A stretch of DNA of 38,272 nucleotides from Craspedostauros australis. Its lineage: Eukaryota. Below the pieces are notes generated by a model. That model was not told the DNA's origin, made no database searches, and saw nothing but the letters and a program-made list of their open reading frames with translations. Both the position numbers and the translations under genes were made by a program. The stretch covers positions 1 through 38,272 of the forward strand of contig JALAGF010001130.1 in NCBI GenBank assembly GCA_030167865.1, written 5' to 3'. Positions 32,022 to 38,272 of this stretch are shown here, piece by piece (position 1 is the stretch's first letter; each line of letters begins with the position of its first letter).

Positions 32022-33889
32022 ATGATGGCGATGGCGGCGGGCAACGCAGAAGTAGCTGCTACGGGAGAGGCCAGGTTCTTCAGCTGGATCAAGGGACAGA
32101 CAGAATCGGAGGATGCGCAGGCGCAGAGGCACGATTTCGCGAAGCGATTGCAAACGTTTCACGTCAGCACTTTCGCTGCGAAGCCGCCATGCCTTTCCCC
32201 CTTGCTTTGCGCTCGATTCGGGTGAGTGATTGGTGTGGCGTTGCAATTGGCAACCGCGGATGTGACGGTCTGGGATGGACGAGATGATGCGTGCAGAAAG
32301 GCGGAATGGGTCTACCCGGATGTGAAATTGGAGCAGCCACAACCCTTCACTGCTCCAGTGCTCGCTCCACCTGACGGCTTCATCGTTTTTTGTGCTCCCT
32401 CCGTTCATGTCCAGCGTGTGCGGAGGTGAGTCAAGCAGCGACGGGGTTGGGCAAGGACCCAAGATAAAGAAGCGTTTGGAGCATGCTGGATGTTCACCAT
32501 CTGTTGCAAGCTCCTCTCTAGTTTCTGGTCTGAATCTCGAACGTCTGGTCTTCTTTCAAGAAATCCAGAGGAGAATTCCCAGCTACACACAGATCAACAT
32601 AGAGTGATTGTTTTGACTGGTTTGACTGACTGAGTTGACGTACATGTCGCAACTTTCTGCCTCCAATCCTTCACTCATCCATGCATGCATCCTTCCATCC
32701 ATTGACTCTCTTCCACAAATGGAAACCTCACGTCAACACACGAAAACCGGCCAGTTGGTGCAATGCTGATGAGGACATGCTCTCGTGCCCGACATGTGGC
32801 GCAGCGCTGTCCATAGAGATCCCCAAAACGCCATCACTTGGACCGAAGATCATAGGAAGGATTGTCGCCAAGTACCGTGAGCAGTTGGTGAAAAATCATC
32901 ACAACACGTGCCCCTTCTCTCGTGACATGGCATCGTTGCTCTACCTCAACACTAGCGATTCTGCGACTACCGCTTTGAGCGCAGAACCCTCATCGGTAGT
33001 ACATTCTGAGCATGTGCCCATCATCTACGCATCGGTCTTCCCAATGAACTGCGTCGAATTCATGGATCATCCGCATCCTGAAAACCTGTTGGAGTGTCGC
33101 GTCAGAGACTTCCTCGCCGCCAAGGAGCTGAGTTCGAGACCAAATGGAAACACTGCAAGCGATGGCAGCGAAGACAGCCCAGCCAGCAAGATGCGGCTCG
33201 ACGTGAACGTACCTTCAGAAATTCGACGATACGCCGTTGATGGGGGAGCGGACGGCGTTGCTACAATGGAAGAATCTGAGTTCCTCACGCTTACTGCTGC
33301 AGCTGCGGGGCTTGGAACCGAGGCAGACGATGCGGGTATTGACACGGAACTATGCTTGGCGCTGCTGGGTTGGACGCCGGACGATATCGATCCAACACCG
33401 CCCATCGTCGACGTAACTTCGAGGCATCGACAGCCGAGCAGACAGTCAGAATCGTGCCTTCGCATCAAATGCTCTCTGTGCCTGTCTCAACGATCGATCC
33501 AGCTCGTGGAGTGCGCGTCCACCACGACGGGAGGACATGAGGATGATGAACCCGCAGATGACATGACCCGCCCGACAAAACGAGTTCGCCGCGAGCTGTC
33601 TGCTCCAGGCTTTCATCCAATCACATCCCACAGATACTACTGTCCCATGGTATGTGGATTCCCGCAAAACACGGTGAAACGAGACAAGCCAATGTGGAAG
33701 GTTATCGCTGATAGGATTTGCAGAAATATCCAATCGGTGGAGACAAAGGCCTCGCAGCGAGACGGTGTCGAGGCATCAACCACTGCCACATCCGACGAAG
33801 CACCTGGATACGATGCGAGCATCGATAGGATACGGAGAATTCTGCGAGGGGGATTGTATGAAATACCGGCTACGAGCAGCGCCGATTAA
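32022..33889 (+). CDS. ZC3HC1/NIPA/Rsm1-like C3HC zinc-finger protein (2 exons, about 444 aa)
   Basis: Exon 1 is 32022-32221 (FAKRLQTF..STFAAKPPCLSPLLCARFG). A phase-2 intron 32222-32754 runs GTGAGT...CAG. Exon 2 is 32755-33889 and restores the GW motif, followed by CPTC...HHNTCPF. A second module reads LALLGW...CSLC...FHPITSHRYYCP. Confidence 0.85.
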
Positions 33890-33997
33890 AGCAGAACTTG
33901 ATAGGGGTGGTGCGTTGGGATGGACTCCTTCAGGGCAGAACTGATAGACGAATAAAGGCTCCGGGCTCTCCGCACTACTGAATCGCTTTTCTACTAT

Positions 33998-35860
33998 CTA
34001 CACACTTACTGCACCCGTGCATGTACATGCCACCATCTTCAGCAATTTGATGATCTTGTTCGCTCTCTTACTGGAGCATAGAACAGCAGCGATTCTCTTG
34101 TTCAGCTTCATCTCCGCATTGTCCAGCAACACATTGAGCATCCACCTGAGCCGTATCACGTCGAATTCATCCAACGTCATTCGCTCGAAGCCTTGCATAG
34201 TCGCTGTCCTCCCCGCCACGCAACTCTCAAGTTCAGCTTGGTTGCTGTCGTCTCGGCCGTTGCGTTGCCTGGTCGCTAGTAAATCCAACAACCGAACCAG
34301 CATCATGAGACAGAATGCCGTCACGTCCAACCCGACGCATCCACGCAACATCGACTCGCTACTCTCGATGTAGCTGTCCTCCGGCATATCTCCCCAGGCC
34401 TTCAATTCTGCATCAATCGCCCGCAGCTCGGTCTGCAGGCACTGCCACACCAGATCTAAATTCATGGTCGTGATCCAGTTGTGATTTACAGATATGGTCT
34501 CGCCTTGGTTGACGACGGAGTGCTGCCACGTTGCCGGCACGAACATGCATTCGCCCGGATGTTGCTTCAACATTACTTGTGGCTGCTTTGGGACGACATG
34601 CGACGGTGGATAGAATGTCCATGCCTTGGTGCCAACGACGTTGAAACTCCACGAATACGAATTGAGAACATCGGAGTGACGCCCTGTCATGGATGCGTGA
34701 GGTCCCCAGTAGCAGAACCGATAGTCGCCCTGCGTGAATCGCAATTGAAAATCATTCAGAAGATCATGCGGGAAGATGCAAGTCGGGCACTTGTACAGTG
34801 TGTGATCGTTGAGGTCGGAATCGTGTCCATCACCAGCTGCACGCGCTTTGTCGAGGAACTGCAGCAAGTGCCAATCTTTGAGGTATGGCTTGGTATCGCC
34901 AGTGTGTCGCTCTTGGTCGCGGAGACCTTTGCAAGTGATTGATGTCGGTCGTTCACAGTTGCCGTTGCCTTCATCCATCTCGGCATCGCAGGCGCCATCA
35001 CGGCTCTTCCGATTTGCTTCATCTGTAAGATTCTCGAGCAGTTCTATCCATTCGCGCAATGACATGTTGAGTGTTTCACATTCTTGTGCACGCCCATCTT
35101 CATCCAGACCATCTTGGCCATCGCTGGCGCCGACTTCGTTCGATGATCTGGTGGGAGCGATGCGCACAGGAACCGTTGTTTCGCCTCCAAGAGCTTTTAG
35201 AAACCAGTTCCGGTTCACTCCTTGTGATATTGACGTCAATAATGGCGATGATGATGAGACGGCGAGTTGGTGCCGTTGTGCGGCTCCTTCCTTGCATTGC
35301 CACGCTTCACACAGCTCTCGAAAGCACGTGCGGTCTAATCCGCGGACGAGGCAGGGTGCGTTGGATTCGTGGAATGCACGATGGAGCCGTTGCGTCGACT
35401 CTTCGTTGAATCCGCCGCTCTGGTTGGTGGAAGATACATCAATGATGCCAATCTGCGATTCTTGCAGCACATCGTGATCGGTCGATGAGGACGACCCTTC
35501 CCAGAACGCGATACTTGCTTGCCGCCGGGCATCCAGAATCGCCTGCTGCTGTTGCCGTCCCTGCTTCCTTCGCCCGCTTCCATTTTTGGTTAGCTGATGG
35601 GCCGCACCTTCACCTTCACCTACGCCTTGTGGTGCAGTGGAACCAGTGAACGTATGGTTGCTGGCACCGTGACTATATCTGTCGGCGCCGTCGCTGTCGT
35701 CGTCGTCATCTTCACCAACTTCATTGCCAACATGCAGTCGAGTCAGTTCGCGAAGGCAGTACGACGAAGCTTGGATCATGGACAAGCTGTGATCAGGAAG
35801 ATGCTCAAACGCAACTGAATCATCATAGTCGTCGTCGTAGTTGTCATTGTCACCAGCCAT
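33998..35860 (-). CDS. JMJD4: JmjC-domain 2-oxoglutarate/Fe(II) oxygenase, JMJD4-like
   Basis: PYLKDWHL, DYRFCYWGP, TGRHSDVLNSYSWSFNVVGTKAW (HxD) and QHPGECMFVPATWQHSVVNQGETISVNHNW (distal His) match the JMJD4 subfamily pattern. The likely start is ATG 35860 (MAGDND); the ORF is open further upstream to 36187. Confidence 0.85.
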   Translation of the reverse strand: MAGDNDNYDDDYDDSVAFEHLPDHSLSMIQASSYCLRELTRLHVGNEVGEDDDDDSDGADRYSHGASNHTFTGSTAPQGVGEGEGAAHQLTKNGSGRRKQGRQQQQAILDARRQASIAFWEGSSSSTDHDVLQESQIGIIDVSSTNQSGGFNEESTQRLHRAFHESNAPCLVRGLDRTCFRELCEAWQCKEGAAQRHQLAVSSSSPLLTSISQGVNRNWFLKALGGETTVPVRIAPTRSSNEVGASDGQDGLDEDGRAQECETLNMSLREWIELLENLTDEANRKSRDGACDAEMDEGNGNCERPTSITCKGLRDQERHTGDTKPYLKDWHLLQFLDKARAAGDGHDSDLNDHTLYKCPTCIFPHDLLNDFQLRFTQGDYRFCYWGPHASMTGRHSDVLNSYSWSFNVVGTKAWTFYPPSHVVPKQPQVMLKQHPGECMFVPATWQHSVVNQGETISVNHNWITTMNLDLVWQCLQTELRAIDAELKAWGDMPEDSYIESSESMLRGCVGLDVTAFCLMMLVRLLDLLATRQRNGRDDSNQAELESCVAGRTATMQGFERMTLDEFDVIRLRWMLNVLLDNAEMKLNKRIAAVLCSSKRANKIIKLLKMVACTCTGAVSV

Positions 35861-35930
35861 TCCCCTGCTGCTGCGTTGCTCTGTGGATTGGAGCAGACTT
35901 GGTGGTATCGATACGATGAGTTCGCGGTGA

Positions 35931-35950
35931 TCTCTCTCTCTCTCTCTCTC
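35931..35950. repeat. (TC)10 microsatellite
   Basis: Read directly; it lies in the presumed 5' leader of the JMJD4-like gene. Confidence 0.9.
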
Positions 35951-36288
35951 TTTGACCTGTGGTCCGCTGGTGTGGTGTTGTGGTTCTGTGATGGTTCGAC
36001 CACCTCCTTTTGGTGATGTGAAAGATACTTTTCGGTTCGGCGACTCCCGGATGCAGTGATGAACGGAGTTGTTGACAAGGTAAGTGAGACTTGTGAAGTA
36101 CCTATCGTTAATGATCCCAACTCTTCGCCGGGGCGTTTTCATCCTTCCGCGACGCGGCCTGACTTGCGCTCTTTTCGCTCTGCCCATTCATCACGGGGTG
36201 GGTGCTGGCCGTTCGGGCAGGCTTTTGTGGCATTTTCCCGATGGCCGGTCACGCACAGAAGACACAAGCACAATGTTCACGAGTGATG

Positions 36289-36327
36289 CTACGACTACGA
36301 CTACGACTACGACTACGACTACGACTA
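36289..36327. repeat. (CTACGA)6.5 hexanucleotide microsatellite
   Basis: Perfect tandem copies in the divergent intergenic region between the JMJD4-like and ATPase genes. Confidence 0.92.
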
Positions 36328-36663
36328 TGTGTGCCTGTTGCATGCACCGTTGCCACCGACATTCGACGCCGAATGACCCCTCCAGAAACCCATGCAATTC
36401 TGCGCCGGTTGGTGGAGGGAGGGAGGTGCAGCATGGCGCCTCGAGATCTGCAGACGCCACCAGTCGCCCAGTCCAACACATCGAAGGGAGGTATTGTCAA
36501 CAGCAACAACAGCCTCCGCAACCACAGTTTTTGGTGGCGGTGCGATCGAACGTGATCATCTGCAACACATCATTGACATCTTCCAACTCACTGGTATTGC
36601 GTGGTAATTGTCCCTTACAAGTACGCTTGCAAGCATTACACCTCCGGTCGACTTGAAGCCACC

Positions 36664-38272
36664 ATGGCACCAGAACCTGCCGCTGGCGCAGTCACCATCC
36701 CTGCGACAACAAATACTCAACACCCGCCCAGAGAAAGAGGGAAGTCTCGTCTCCACAATACAGCCCTCACTTCTGAAAATGACTTCTATGACGATGGATA
36801 CAACGAGGTCGAGCTGGAGACGGAGCTGCCCCACACGCTGTTTTCCGCATCGGGCACGGATGGAGATGCCAAAGATGACTTCTTCGGGAGAGAGAAGGAG
36901 CTGCGGACGCTGCATCAAGCGTTTGATCGAATGATGCGTCACAGCAAATCACGTGGGACCAGCAAGGCGACCCATGCGAAGGAGGCAGCGACTTTGGCGT
37001 CATCGTCGTCGGAGGTTGCCGCGGATGGTGCATTCCTCCCGGCTGTATTCGTTTGGGGCAGCAGCGGATCAGGCAAGTCCAAGCTCGTGGATGTGTTTTG
37101 CGATCAGGTGATGGAACGCAGAAGAAAGAAGGACCGAGCAGGTGTCCGTGTGCTGAAGGGCAAGTTCGAAGAGAATCAACAAGGCAACCCCTTCTCAGCC
37201 ATCACCCAAGCACTGTCGGATTGGTGTAAGGAGATGGCCGCATCGTCCCAAGCATCCGCATCAAAGGGTGGAGGCAACATCGCAAACGTAGAACGCACCG
37301 ACTCCATCAAACCGAATGATGGGAAGCCTCTAGCCACGGTATCAGAACTGCAGAGGCTTCGATCCATCATCAAGGCAGGATCGCTGACGACCGAGCAAGT
37401 GGATCTCCTCCATACGTTCGTTCCGGCACTCTCCGTCCTCATGAGCGAGGATGAAAACGATGCCACCTCCATTGCATCTTCGCTCAGGCAAACACATCAG
37501 CAGCAGTCACAGTCGGCACATATCTCCAACACGGACAAGTCTTGGAATCGTTTCCAATACACCTTCATCCAGTTCCTGACTCTCATCTCCTCCAAGCAAT
37601 GTCCGATGGTGCTGGTGCTGGATGACTTACAGTGGGCATCACAGGAGTGCATGGACTTGATGTCAACGGCAATCCATCAGTCCCATTTCCTGTTGATCGG
37701 AACCATCCGCCAGGTGCCCAACCCGCATCTGTCCGACGAAGTGTTGGAGTTGGAACCCCATCTGCCATTTGCGAAGTTCCACGCGGATATGGAGGAGCGT
37801 TCTGCAACCGCAGCGATATCAGGAACAGCAACGTCACCATCGAACGAAAATGGCAGCACCAACAACAGAGGAAATGGTAACACTACGAAGGATGATCCTG
37901 CCAGCGATCCCGCTGGTGATGAACCATCAACCCCATTCGTCAACATCGACCTCCGCAACTTCACGAGGCAGGAAATGCGAGAATGGGTGTCACATCTCTT
38001 CCAGCAGGACGATGATGTCGTCGACGATACAGTCGAGGTGCTGTACAGGCAGAGCGAAGGCAACATCTTCTACTCAGTTCAACTGCTGCAGGACATGGAA
38101 CGCACGAAGGCATTGGCGTACAGCCGCATCACGTTCCAATGGGAACTCAACACATCCATGATGGGATCGCATCAACGCAGCGGCCACGCGGTAAGGGAGC
38201 TGGATCACACAAGCAGGAAGAGATCGAGCGATGTGATCATGCTGATATCATCCAAGTTGCGAGCTCTTCCGG
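36664..38272 (+). CDS. STAND-like AAA (AAA_16-type) P-loop ATPase protein, truncated by the window end
   Basis: The ORF is absent from the track because it has no stop inside the window. It starts at accATGG 36664 and the frame stays open to the end. Motifs are FFGREKELRTLHQAF, Walker A VFVWGSSGSGKSKLV, KGKFEE...PFSAITQAL, Walker B PMVLVLDDLQWAS, LLIGTIR, SEGNIFYSVQLL...FQWE and DVIMLISSKLRALP. Confidence 0.88.
   Translation, partial: MAPEPAAGAVTIPATTNTQHPPRERGKSRLHNTALTSENDFYDDGYNEVELETELPHTLFSASGTDGDAKDDFFGREKELRTLHQAFDRMMRHSKSRGTSKATHAKEAATLASSSSEVAADGAFLPAVFVWGSSGSGKSKLVDVFCDQVMERRRKKDRAGVRVLKGKFEENQQGNPFSAITQALSDWCKEMAASSQASASKGGGNIANVERTDSIKPNDGKPLATVSELQRLRSIIKAGSLTTEQVDLLHTFVPALSVLMSEDENDATSIASSLRQTHQQQSQSAHISNTDKSWNRFQYTFIQFLTLISSKQCPMVLVLDDLQWASQECMDLMSTAIHQSHFLLIGTIRQVPNPHLSDEVLELEPHLPFAKFHADMEERSATAAISGTATSPSNENGSTNNRGNGNTTKDDPASDPAGDEPSTPFVNIDLRNFTRQEMREWVSHLFQQDDDVVDDTVEVLYRQSEGNIFYSVQLLQDMERTKALAYSRITFQWELNTSMMGSHQRSGHAVRELDHTSRKRSSDVIMLISSKLRALP

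Noticed and set aside
31593..32462. 289-aa minus-strand ORF
   Set aside because: It has no recognisable motifs and lies antisense to exon 1 and the intron of the ZC3HC1-like gene.
35960..36010. GGTTCGA as a tRNA T-loop
   Set aside because: There is no cloverleaf pairing or acceptor stem around it.
35861..36187. Upstream extension of the JMJD4-like ORF
   Set aside because: It runs through a (GA)10 microsatellite and leader-like sequence. ATG 35860 is the more plausible start, although the extension is not formally excluded.
36289..36327. (CTACGA)n as a telomeric or CRISPR-like repeat
   Set aside because: It is not TTAGGG-like and has no spacers. It is an ordinary microsatellite, like those at 8571, 13659 and 24411.
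36433..36555. Upstream in-frame ATG (MAPRDLQ) as a first exon of the ATPase
   Set aside because: An in-frame TGA lies at 36553, and the GT-AG pairs I tried did not preserve the frame. It may be a uORF.

Overview
This is a gene-dense eukaryotic nuclear window, most likely from a diatom or related stramenopile. The evidence is GT-AG introns, an ASAF-type bipartite plastid targeting peptide, and diatom-style transmembrane LRR, cyclase-PDE and AAA-ATPase genes; the species cannot be determined from the sequence. I call 13 protein-coding genes: a membrane-anchored aldo-keto reductase, a low-complexity hypothetical protein, a 2-exon organellar Met-tRNA formyltransferase, a plastid-targeted DUF3598/BFA1-like protein, a WW-domain transmembrane protein, a type II sulfotransferase, a transmembrane LRR protein, an FGGY (gluconokinase-like) sugar kinase, a chorein-N/VPS13-like protein, a 12-exon receptor-type nucleotide cyclase fused to a class I phosphodiesterase, a 2-exon ZC3HC1/NIPA-like zinc-finger protein, a JMJD4-like JmjC oxygenase, and a STAND-like AAA ATPase that runs off the right edge and is missing from the ORF track. 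The most notable items are the cyclase-PDE gene, whose catalytic core is assembled from 38-nt and 22-nt micro-exons, the STAND-like ATPase, a chorein domain split by a ~320-aa polyQ-containing insertion, and a possible decayed plastid-targeted pseudogene near 16.8-17.15 kb. I saw no rRNA, tRNA, CRISPR array or recognisable transposon. All family assignments come from motif recognition by eye, not from database searches.
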